Source of the DNA: an uncultured Clostridia bacterium
GTDB lineage: Bacteria > Bacillota > Clostridia > Christensenellales > UBA3700
Direction: 5' to 3'
NCBI GenBank assembly: GCA_947176265.1
Contig: CAMWQA010000001.1
Span: forward strand, 11,772-75,771
Length of the DNA stretch: 64,000 nt
Below are positions 47,323 through 55,265 of this stretch, in pieces. Under the pieces are notes generated by a model, which was not told where the DNA came from, ran no database searches, and saw nothing but the letters and a program-made list of their open reading frames with translations. The position numbers and the translations under genes were made by a program. Position 1 is the first letter of the stretch, and each line of letters starts with the position of its first letter.

Positions 47323-48414
47323 ATGAAACTTGGAGTTGTAGGACTTCCCAACGTGGGAAAAAGCACGTTATTCAACGCGATTACTCAAGCAGGAGCTGAG
47401 AGCGCCAATTATCCTTTTTGCACGATAGAGCCCAATGTGGGCGTAGTAGCCGTGCCCGATGAGAGATTGGACCTTTTGGCAAAGCTGTACAACAGCAAAA
47501 AGGTTACGCCGACTGCGCTTGAATTCGTCGACATAGCAGGACTTGTCAAGGGCGCGTCCAAGGGCGAGGGATTGGGCAACAAATTCCTTTCGCACATAAG
47601 AGAAGTTGACGCAATAGTGCACGTAGTCAGATGTTTTGACGATACCAATATTACGCACGTAGACGGCAGCGTCAATCCTTTGAGAGATATTGAGACGATC
47701 GAGTTTGAATTGATATTCGCCGATATGGAGAGCGTACAAAAACGCGCTAACAAGGCAAGGACTTCCGCAAAGGGCGGAGATAAAAAGTATCTCGTTGAAG
47801 CAGACCTTATGGACAGGATATACGCCGAGTTGGAGAAGGGCACGCCGGCAAGATTGATAGATATGACCGACGACGAAAAGGAGATTGCAAGAGACTTGTT
47901 TTTGCTTACTTCAAAGCCTGTTATTTACGCAGCCAACGTAGGCGAGGACGACGTGGCTAACGGCGGCAACGATTACGTAACTAAAGTGCAGGAGTTTGCC
48001 AAGGCGCAAGGCGCAAAGACGGTTATGATATGCGCAAAACTTGAAGAAGAACTTGCTGGACTTGACGAAGAAGATAAACAACTTTTCAGAGAAGAATACG
48101 GCATCAAGCAAAGCGGACTTGACCAACTCGTATCGGCTTGCTACGACCTATTGGGACTTATCAGTTATCTTACTGCGGGCGAAAAAGAGACAAGAGCGTG
48201 GACGATTACCAAAGGCACAAAAGCTCCGCAGGCGGCAGGCAAGATTCACAGCGATTTCGAGCGCGGATTTATCAGAGCGGAAATCGTCGATTGGAAGGTG
48301 CTTTTGGAGTGCGGTTCTTACGTTGCCGCAAAGGAAAAGGGCAAAGTGAGAAGCGAAGGTAAAGATTACGTCATCAAGGACGGCGACGTAGTGCTTTTCC
48401 GTTTCAACGTATAA
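47323..48414 (+). CDS. ychF: Ribosome-binding ATPase YchF
   Basis: MKLGVVGLPNVGKSTLFNAIT, C-terminal TGS-like domain. Confidence 0.93.
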   Translation: MKLGVVGLPNVGKSTLFNAITQAGAESANYPFCTIEPNVGVVAVPDERLDLLAKLYNSKKVTPTALEFVDIAGLVKGASKGEGLGNKFLSHIREVDAIVHVVRCFDDTNITHVDGSVNPLRDIETIEFELIFADMESVQKRANKARTSAKGGDKKYLVEADLMDRIYAELEKGTPARLIDMTDDEKEIARDLFLLTSKPVIYAANVGEDDVANGGNDYVTKVQEFAKAQGAKTVMICAKLEEELAGLDEEDKQLFREEYGIKQSGLDQLVSACYDLLGLISYLTAGEKETRAWTITKGTKAPQAAGKIHSDFERGFIRAEIVDWKVLLECGSYVAAKEKGKVRSEGKDYVIKDGDVVLFRFNV

Positions 48415-48430
48415 AAGTTTTGAGGATTTT

Positions 48431-50116
48431 ATGGATTACAAACAGCTTATTATAGACAGCATAAAGTTAGACGGTATAGACAAGCAAGATTTACTTACGC
48501 TTGTTTCCGCGCCCAAAGACAGTTCTATGGGCGACCTTTGCATACCTTGTTTCAAGCTTGCAAAAGAGATGAAAAAACCGCCTATGGTCATTGCGCAGGA
48601 GATTGCAAATTCAGTCGACAAGGGAGATATGATAGAGAGCGTATCTGCAGTAGCCGGCTTTGTCAATTTCAAATTCGACAACGTTAAGTTTGCAAAGCAA
48701 GTTCTTGACGACGTATTGTCAAATGGAGAGAATTACGGCAAAAGTCAAGAGGGAAAAGGCAAGACTATTTGCATAGATTATTCTTCGGTAAATATAGCCA
48801 AGCCATTCCACATGGGACACTTGCTCAACACCGCGCTTGGCGGAGCGATATACCGCATATATACCGCGCTTGGTTATAACGTCGTGGGTATCAATCACTT
48901 GGGCGATTGGGGTACGCAATTTGGCAAGCTAATCGTAGCGTATAAGTTGTGGGGCAACAAGAAAGATATCGAAGAGAGGGGCGTAAGGGCTCTTGTGGAG
49001 ATATACGTCAGATTCCACAAAGAAGAAGAGAATAATCCCGCGCTTGCCGACGAGGCTAGAGCTTGGTTCAAGGCAATTGAGACAGGCAATAAAGAGGCGT
49101 TGGAACTCTTTGAATATTTCAAGGAGATTACCCTCAAAGAAGTCAACAGAATATACGACAGATTGCATATTAAATTCGACAGCTACGCAGGCGAGTCTTT
49201 CTACAACGACAAGATGCAACCCGTACTTGACGAGTTGACGGCAAAGGGACTTTTGCAAGAGAGCGAGGGCGCAAAGGTAGTTATGTTTGACGACGGTATG
49301 TCGCCTTGCCTGCTTCAGCGCTCCGACGGCGCAACTCTTTACGCCACGAGAGATATGGCTGCGGCTTTCTACAGAAAAAACACGTATAACTTTGACAAGT
49401 GTCTTTACGTCGTAGCGTATCAGCAAAATCTTCACTTCCAGCAGATTTTCAAGGTGCTCGAGATGATGGGTTGCGAGTGGTCAAAAGATATGGTACACGT
49501 AGCGCACGGAATGGTATCTTTGGAGAGCGGAGCAATGTCCACTAGAGAGGGCAACGTAGTATTTCTTGAAGACGTTCTCAACAGCGTAGTTGACAAGGCA
49601 AGAGCAGTTATCGAAGAAAAAAATCCCGACCTTGAAGACAAGGACAAAATTGCCGAGCAAATAGGCGTAGGCGCAACGCTTTTCGGCGTGCTCTACAACA
49701 GCAGAATAAAGGATATGGTATTCTCTTTCGACAAGGTACTCAACTTTGAGGGCGAGACTGGACCGTACGTTCAGTATACCTACGCAAGGTGTAACAGTCT
49801 ATTCGACAAGTGCGGAGAGATTGGGCAAGAGATTGATTATACCGGTCTTGACAACGCGTCAAGCAAAGCCATTGTAGCTCTGCTTGACAAATATCCGCAA
49901 GTACTTCAAGAAAGCGCAAAGAAGTACGAGCCTAGCGTAGTCACACGATATGCTATAGACCTTTCGCAAGCTTTTAACAAGTTCTACTTTGAGTGTAAAA
50001 TAAATACAGAAAGGGAAGGGATAAAGAATGCTCGTCTTATGCTGACTAAGGCGGTAAGACAAGTTATTGGCAATGCGCTATCCTTATTAGGTATTGAGAC
50101 ACCACAAAAAATGTGA
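48431..50116 (+). CDS. argS: Arginine--tRNA ligase
   Basis: NIAKPFHMGHL (HIGH-type motif), class I architecture, 561 aa. Confidence 0.93.
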   Translation: MDYKQLIIDSIKLDGIDKQDLLTLVSAPKDSSMGDLCIPCFKLAKEMKKPPMVIAQEIANSVDKGDMIESVSAVAGFVNFKFDNVKFAKQVLDDVLSNGENYGKSQEGKGKTICIDYSSVNIAKPFHMGHLLNTALGGAIYRIYTALGYNVVGINHLGDWGTQFGKLIVAYKLWGNKKDIEERGVRALVEIYVRFHKEEENNPALADEARAWFKAIETGNKEALELFEYFKEITLKEVNRIYDRLHIKFDSYAGESFYNDKMQPVLDELTAKGLLQESEGAKVVMFDDGMSPCLLQRSDGATLYATRDMAAAFYRKNTYNFDKCLYVVAYQQNLHFQQIFKVLEMMGCEWSKDMVHVAHGMVSLESGAMSTREGNVVFLEDVLNSVVDKARAVIEEKNPDLEDKDKIAEQIGVGATLFGVLYNSRIKDMVFSFDKVLNFEGETGPYVQYTYARCNSLFDKCGEIGQEIDYTGLDNASSKAIVALLDKYPQVLQESAKKYEPSVVTRYAIDLSQAFNKFYFECKINTEREGIKNARLMLTKAVRQVIGNALSLLGIETPQKM

Positions 50117-50144
50117 TAACCAATCTCTACTTGTTGCTGTTGAC

Positions 50145-50182
50145 GTCATTCTGAGCGAAACGTAGTGGAGTCGAAGAATCTC
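50145..50182 (+). repeat. Family-1 dispersed repeat, copy e (long spacer)
   Basis: GTCATTCTgagcgaaacgtagtggagtcgaAGAATCTC. Confidence 0.75.
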
Positions 50183-50326
50183 TGATAAATATACCGATTA
50201 TTTAAGTCCCGACTTAATGTAGCGAAGCGTAATTTACATTTGGTCGGGAAGGGCGAAGTCCAACCGCTTAAAATTCACAATACAAACTTTTTACATAAAA
50301 ATCATATAATACCCCTCATCATTTTA

Positions 50327-50375
50327 TTGACATTAATATTTATAATGATATAATGATTGTTAGAAGTCTAACAAT
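50327..50375 (+). promoter_or_regulatory. marR promoter plus palindromic operator candidate
   Basis: TTGACA(50327-50332)-16 nt-TATAAT(50349-50354) with a TGa extended -10. Immediately followed by ATTGTTAGaagtCTAACAAT (50356-50375). Confidence 0.6.
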
Positions 50376-50384
50376 TGGTGGCAA

Positions 50385-50822
50385 ATGGAAAAGACGATAA
50401 GTTTTGAATTGCGTTTTATCAACAATCAGATCAAGAGAAGAATCAACTCTATACCCACGTTGCAGAACAACGACATTAAGGGAATATACGGTCACGTCAT
50501 TGGATTTTTGAGTGAGAATAGCAATAGAGATATCTATCAAAAAGACGTGGAGGAGCATTTGTCGATACGACGTTCAAGTGTGACCAATCTTCTCAATCAA
50601 ATGGAAAAGGCAGGTTTGATTGAGAGGCGCTCGGTGGACGGAGACGGCAGACTTAAGAAAGTTGTGTTGACGCAAAAGTCGATTGACATACACGATTGCA
50701 TAGTCGGCGAATTCAAAAAAATAGAAGTCAAATTGAGAGAGGGAATCAGCGAAGAAGAACTCGACACGCTTTTCCGTCTACTTGACAAAGTCAAGAATAA
50801 CGTCGAAAAGCAACAAATATAA
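50385..50822 (+). CDS. MarR-family transcriptional regulator
   Basis: 145 aa winged helix: DVEEHLSIRRSSVTNLLNQMEKAGLIERR. Confidence 0.85.
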   Translation: MEKTISFELRFINNQIKRRINSIPTLQNNDIKGIYGHVIGFLSENSNRDIYQKDVEEHLSIRRSSVTNLLNQMEKAGLIERRSVDGDGRLKKVVLTQKSIDIHDCIVGEFKKIEVKLREGISEEELDTLFRLLDKVKNNVEKQQI

Positions 50823-50850
50823 TAGATAATAATTATTTAAGGAGATTAAG

Positions 50851-52653
50851 GTGAACACGATTAAGAAATTGATGAAGAGTATCCGACAGTTCAAGGCTGC
50901 GTCGATTTTGTCGCCGGTTTGCGTTGCGCTGGAAGTTGCAATGGAATGTATAATACCGCTATATATGACAGAGATGATAGCCAAGATAAATACGCCCGAC
51001 GTGAAGATCACTGACATATTGTTATACGGCGCAATACTTTTGGTATTGGCGGGAGTTGCGTTGCTTTTCGGCGTACTTGCGGGTAAGTTTGCCGCGACCG
51101 CATCGACAGGCTTTGCCAAAAATCTCAGACAGGATATGTATTACCGTATTCAAGGTTTTGCATTTTCCAACATAGATAAGTTCTCCGCGCCAAGTTTGGT
51201 TACGAGAATGACAACCGACGTGACCAACGTGCAGATGGCGTATATGATGATAGTCAGAGTTGCAGTGCGCGCGCCGTTAATGCTAATATTCTCGCTTGCA
51301 ATGGCGTTCGTTCTCAACGCTAAAGTTGCGTTGATTTTCTTGGCGGTCATACCGGTGCTTGCCATAGGCTTGTTTATTATGTTTAGATTCGTAGACCCGA
51401 TATTCACGCGAGTATTCAAAAAGTACGACGCTATGAACGAGTCCATACAGGAAAATATCAAGGGTATAAGAGTAGTCAAGTCGTACGTAAGAGACGAATA
51501 CGAAGACGAGAAATTCCAGAAGACGTCCAACAACGTGCGTTACGACTTCCTTAAGGGAGAAAAGATAATTGCGCTTTCCGGACCTCTTATGCAATTCTGC
51601 ATGTGGTTTTCCATATTGATGATATGCTTTTTAGTGCCAATGATTGGAGTTAAAGCCGGCATAGGCGCGTCGACAGAAGACAAAGCGTCTGCCGAGATAG
51701 CCAGCGAAATGTCTTCGCTTATCGTGTACGCTACGCAGATATTGTCATCGCTGATGATGCTCAATATGGTAATGATAATGATATCGATAGCCAATACTTC
51801 GTCAAAGCGTATCGTCGAAGTATTGAGCGAAGAGAGCGATTTGCATAATCCCGAAAATCCCGCCTACGAGGTCAAGAACGGCGACGTGCGTTTTGAAGAC
51901 GTCGACTTTAAATACGACGTCAAAGCAGACAGACGCGCGCTCAAAGGCGTAAATCTCGACATTAAGTCGGGCGAAACCGTGGGTATTCTCGGCGGTACGG
52001 GTAGCAGTAAGACGTCGCTTGTCAATCTCATACCGAGACTGTACGACGCAACGAGCGGGCACGTATTCGTCGGCGGACGCAACGTTAAAGAATACGACCT
52101 TGAGACGTTGCGTAACGAAGTCGCGGTAGTCTTGCAGAAGAACGTGCTTTTTTCGGGTACGATAAAGGAGAATTTGCGTTGGGGTAATGCCGACGCAACC
52201 GACGAAGAACTTGAGAGGGTATGCAAGTTGGCGCAGGCGCATGACTTCATAATGGGCTTTCCCGACAAATACGATACGTTTATCGAGCAAGGCGGAACTA
52301 ACGTATCAGGCGGACAAAAGCAGAGACTTTGTATTGCAAGAGCTTTGCTTAAAAAACCAAAGATACTTATTCTTGACGACTCGACTAGCGCGGTAGATAC
52401 CAAAACGGACGCTCTTATTCGCAAAGCGTTTGCAGAAGAGATACCCAATACGACCAAGTTTATAATTGCGCAAAGAGTTGCTTCCGTGCAAGACGCGGAT
52501 AAAATCATCATAATGGACGGCGGCAGCGTTGCAGACGTGGGAACGCACGACGAATTGCTTGCGCGCAACGAGATATATCAAGAGGTATATTACTCTCAAA
52601 ACAAAACCAACAACGACGGAGAGGAGGTAAAGGCAGATGGCGCAGAAGACTAG
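50851..52653 (+). CDS. ABC exporter, fused permease/ATPase (half-transporter 1)
   Basis: Six-TM domain, Walker A GGTGSSKTS, signature VSGGQKQR, Walker B ILILDD. GTG start. Confidence 0.9.
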   Translation: MNTIKKLMKSIRQFKAASILSPVCVALEVAMECIIPLYMTEMIAKINTPDVKITDILLYGAILLVLAGVALLFGVLAGKFAATASTGFAKNLRQDMYYRIQGFAFSNIDKFSAPSLVTRMTTDVTNVQMAYMMIVRVAVRAPLMLIFSLAMAFVLNAKVALIFLAVIPVLAIGLFIMFRFVDPIFTRVFKKYDAMNESIQENIKGIRVVKSYVRDEYEDEKFQKTSNNVRYDFLKGEKIIALSGPLMQFCMWFSILMICFLVPMIGVKAGIGASTEDKASAEIASEMSSLIVYATQILSSLMMLNMVMIMISIANTSSKRIVEVLSEESDLHNPENPAYEVKNGDVRFEDVDFKYDVKADRRALKGVNLDIKSGETVGILGGTGSSKTSLVNLIPRLYDATSGHVFVGGRNVKEYDLETLRNEVAVVLQKNVLFSGTIKENLRWGNADATDEELERVCKLAQAHDFIMGFPDKYDTFIEQGGTNVSGGQKQRLCIARALLKKPKILILDDSTSAVDTKTDALIRKAFAEEIPNTTKFIIAQRVASVQDADKIIIMDGGSVADVGTHDELLARNEIYQEVYYSQNKTNNDGEEVKADGAED

Positions 52654-54550
52654 AAGCATAAAAGGTACGATGCCGATACTAGGCAGACTTATCAAATATA
52701 TGTTCAAGTACTATAAATTGCAGCTTATAGTAGTGTTGATTTGCATTACGCTCAACGCTATGGCGGCAATAAGTTCGTCGATATTTATTGAGAGAATAAC
52801 CAACGACGTCATTATTCCAGGTCTTGAACACGGATGGGACAGCGTAAAAGATACTATGTTTACCATAGTAGCGATAATGGTTGGCATATATATTGTGGGA
52901 CTTATAGCGTCGTTTACCTACAATAGAATAATGGCTCACGTAACGCAGGGTTTTTTGTATCACGTCCGCAACGATATGTTCAAAAAGATGCAGTCGCTTC
53001 CAATCAAGTTTTTTGATACGCATACGCACGGCGATATTATGAGTATATACACCAACGATACCGACGCTATTCGACAGCTCATCTCGCAAAGCGTTCCGCA
53101 GACGTACTCGTCGTTTGTTGCGATAATCACTTTGCTTGTCACAATGTTGGTCTCAAGCGTATGGCTTACGCTCGTAGTACTTGCGGGAGTGTGCTTAATG
53201 TTTGTAGTAATAAAGTTGATTGGCAGCAAGAGCGCAAAATACTTTATGCGTCAGCAAATAGCAATGGGTAAGTCGGAAGGCTTTATTGAAGAGATGATGC
53301 ACGGGCAAAAAGTTGTCAAAGTATTTTGTCACGAAGAAAAGGCAAAGGCAGACTTCGACGTTATCAACGACGGCTTGTTTAAAGACAGCGAAAGAGCCAA
53401 TAAGTACGCAAATATCCTCATGCCTACGCTAGGCAATATAGGCTACGTGCTTTACGTAGTAGTAGCCATAGTGGGCGGAGTACTGTCGCTTGCAGGCGCG
53501 CATAATCTTTCGCTCAAAGGTCTTGCCGCAGAGGGAATAACGATGGGCGCAATCGTGGCCTTCCTGAATATGAGCAGACAGTTTACGTTCAATATATCGC
53601 AAGTATCTACTCAGCTCAACTCCGTTGTAATGGCTACCGCCGGCGCAAGCAGAATTTTCAAATTGTTGGATCAATCTCCCGAGACAGACGAGGGATATGT
53701 TACGCTTGTCAATGCAAAGGAAGAGAACGGACAACTTGTTGAGTGCGAGGAACGTACGGGTATCTGGGCGTGGAAGCATCCGCATAAAGCAGAGGGCACG
53801 ATTACGTATCAAAGACTTACGGGAGATATCGAACTCAACGAAGTAGACTTTGGATACGTTCCCGAGAAGATAGTATTGCACGACGTAACAATACACGCAA
53901 AACGCGGACAAAAGATTGCTTTCGTAGGCGCAACCGGCGCGGGCAAGACTACGATAACCAATCTTATCAACAGATTTTACGATATTGCCGACGGCAAGAT
54001 ACGCTATGACGGTATAAATATAAATAAGATAAAGAAGGGCGACTTGCGCAGATCTTTGGGAATAGTTTTGCAAGATACCAATTTATTTACAGGTACTATT
54101 ATGGATAATATTCGTTACGGTAGACTTGACGCGACGGACGAAGAGTGTATCGCCGCTGCAAAACTTGCCAACGCGCACGACTTTATCACGCGTCTGCCGA
54201 GCGGCTATGAGACTATGCTTACGGGCGACGGCGCTAATCTTTCGCAAGGACAAAAACAGTTGCTTTCTATCGCAAGAGCGGCGGTAGCAGACGCTCCCGT
54301 AATGATTTTGGACGAAGCAACTTCGTCAATTGACACTCGTACCGAAGCGCTCGTTCAGCAAGGTATGGATAGACTTATGGAAGGTAGGACGGTATTCGTT
54401 ATCGCGCACAGACTTTCCACCGTGCAAAATTCCGATATGATTATCGTGCTAGATCACGGTCGTATTATCGAGAGCGGCAATCACGACGAGTTGATTGCGC
54501 AAGGCGGACAGTATTATCAGTTGTATACCGGAGCATTTGAGCTAGAATAA
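52637..54550 (+). CDS. ABC exporter, fused permease/ATPase (half-transporter 2)
   Basis: Walker A GATGAGKTT, signature LSQGQKQ, Walker B MILDEATS. Overlaps the preceding gene by 17 nt. Confidence 0.9.
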   Translation: MAQKTRSIKGTMPILGRLIKYMFKYYKLQLIVVLICITLNAMAAISSSIFIERITNDVIIPGLEHGWDSVKDTMFTIVAIMVGIYIVGLIASFTYNRIMAHVTQGFLYHVRNDMFKKMQSLPIKFFDTHTHGDIMSIYTNDTDAIRQLISQSVPQTYSSFVAIITLLVTMLVSSVWLTLVVLAGVCLMFVVIKLIGSKSAKYFMRQQIAMGKSEGFIEEMMHGQKVVKVFCHEEKAKADFDVINDGLFKDSERANKYANILMPTLGNIGYVLYVVVAIVGGVLSLAGAHNLSLKGLAAEGITMGAIVAFLNMSRQFTFNISQVSTQLNSVVMATAGASRIFKLLDQSPETDEGYVTLVNAKEENGQLVECEERTGIWAWKHPHKAEGTITYQRLTGDIELNEVDFGYVPEKIVLHDVTIHAKRGQKIAFVGATGAGKTTITNLINRFYDIADGKIRYDGININKIKKGDLRRSLGIVLQDTNLFTGTIMDNIRYGRLDATDEECIAAAKLANAHDFITRLPSGYETMLTGDGANLSQGQKQLLSIARAAVADAPVMILDEATSSIDTRTEALVQQGMDRLMEGRTVFVIAHRLSTVQNSDMIIVLDHGRIIESGNHDELIAQGGQYYQLYTGAFELE

Positions 54551-54642
54551 GCCAAAAGCTTATTCTAGCAGTTATATTCCGCCGTTGATGGGGTTATATT
54601 GCCCCTTGGACAGTTATATTATTGCTTCGCAATAGTGAGATT
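54541..54642 (+). repeat. Mini-hairpin array B-left (AGTTATATT orientation), partly degenerate
   Basis: GCTAGAATAAGCcaaaaGCTTATTCTAGC (covers the ABC stop codon) + AGTTATATT; two degenerate units; ATTGCttcGCAAT + AGTGAGATT. Confidence 0.75.
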
Positions 54643-54671
54643 AAAATAGAAGGCAAAAAGCCTTCTATTTT
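54643..54671. terminator. Hairpin/terminator inside the left cassette arm
   Basis: AAAATAGAAGGCaaaaaGCCTTCTATTTT: a 12-bp stem with A/U-rich shoulders. Confidence 0.6.
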
Positions 54672-54713
54672 AGTTACGGATAAGTTATTTAGATTTTATA
54701 AAGAAAACTAATA

Positions 54714-55063
54714 TTAGTTTTCTTTTAGTGTTTTGCAAGAAGAAATTAACATAATTCTTATTGCGCCACAATTATTATTAAGTTTTTTAAAATCATTTTC
54801 AGATATGTAGCCTGTTTCAAATAGAAGTTCCAACCAATACTCGCTTTCATAACATTTTTTAAGGCAATCTCAAACTTGGATATAAAGTCCAACTTGCTTT
54901 GAGCATACTGCGCCTCATAAATATTTGCTCCTATGCTCGTTCCTGAACGAATAAGTTGATTTGCCAAAACGCTTTCAATTTTTGACGAATTTATACTTTT
55001 GCATAAAGTAATAATTTCTTTTGCAAACGCTTTTGACTTTTCTCTCAATACACTATCGCTCAT
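54714..55063 (-). pseudogene. Four-helix-bundle protein gene (23S rRNA IVS protein / PF05635-like), interrupted by a frameshift at an A6 run
   Basis: The zero frame gives ...LANQLIRSGTSIGANIYEAQ...FEIALKN and then nonsense. The -1 frame continues CYESEYWLELLFETGYISENDFKKL...KTLKEN*, which matches the family. The span is 350 nt, one nt short of an open frame. T6 run at 54855-54860 (+ strand). Confidence 0.75.
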
Positions 55064-55082
55064 TACTATTTACCTCAATTAA

Positions 55083-55111
55083 ATTTTATCAACATTAATA
55101 TTCACAGTCAA
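55083..55111 (-). promoter_or_regulatory. Cassette-internal promoter of the four-helix-bundle gene
   Basis: Minus strand reads TTGACT(55111-55106)-17 nt-TAAAAT(55088-55083) with a TGa extended -10. SD GAGGT lies 8 nt before the ATG at 55063. Confidence 0.6.
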
Positions 55112-55139
55112 TAAAAAATTATAATAATTATCCGTAACT

Positions 55140-55168
55140 AAAATAGAAGGCTTTTTGCCTTCTATTTT
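55140..55168. terminator. Hairpin/terminator inside the right cassette arm
   Basis: AAAATAGAAGGCtttttGCCTTCTATTTT, the mirror of 54643-54671. Confidence 0.6.
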
Positions 55169-55177
55169 AATCTCACT

Positions 55178-55259
55178 ATTGCGAAGCAATAATATAACTG
55201 CCCGAAGGGCAATATAACTATTTTCTTGCTTGCAAGAAAATAATATAACTTGCAAGCTC
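55178..55259 (+). repeat. Mini-hairpin array B-right (AATATAACT orientation)
   Basis: ATTGCgaaGCAAT, GCCCgaaGGGC and ATTTTCTTgcttgcAAGAAAAT are each followed by AATATAACT. The last hairpin, GCAAgctctgtTTGC, reaches the thiT stop codon. Confidence 0.8.
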
Positions 55260-55265
55260 TGTTTG

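Larger units (their letters stand above)
54611..55200. mobile_element. IVS-like cassette: perfect 73-bp inverted repeats enclosing a four-helix-bundle gene
   Basis: 54611-54683 is the exact reverse complement of 55128-55200 (73/73, checked base by base). The 444-bp interior has its own promoter, SD and ORF. Mobility is inferred and has not been shown. Confidence 0.5.

Noticed and set aside
48415-48430. A T-box or attenuator upstream of argS, or upstream of leuC at 41886-41919
   Set aside because: The gaps are only 16 and 34 nt, far too short for a T-box (about 200 nt) or a leader-peptide attenuator.
50200-50262. Nested hairpin (TCCCGAC...GTCGGGA with inner AATGTA...TACATT) downstream of argS as a distinct ncRNA
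   Set aside because: It occurs once in the window and contains fragments resembling family-1 repeat spacers (GCGAAGCG, GGGCGAAGTCC). It is most simply read as a degenerate repeat copy, and there is no independent support for an ncRNA.
54714-55063. The four-helix-bundle gene as a genuine 23S rRNA intervening sequence
   Set aside because: The window contains no rRNA sequence. The cassette lies between an ABC exporter and thiT. I therefore call it IVS-like in architecture only.
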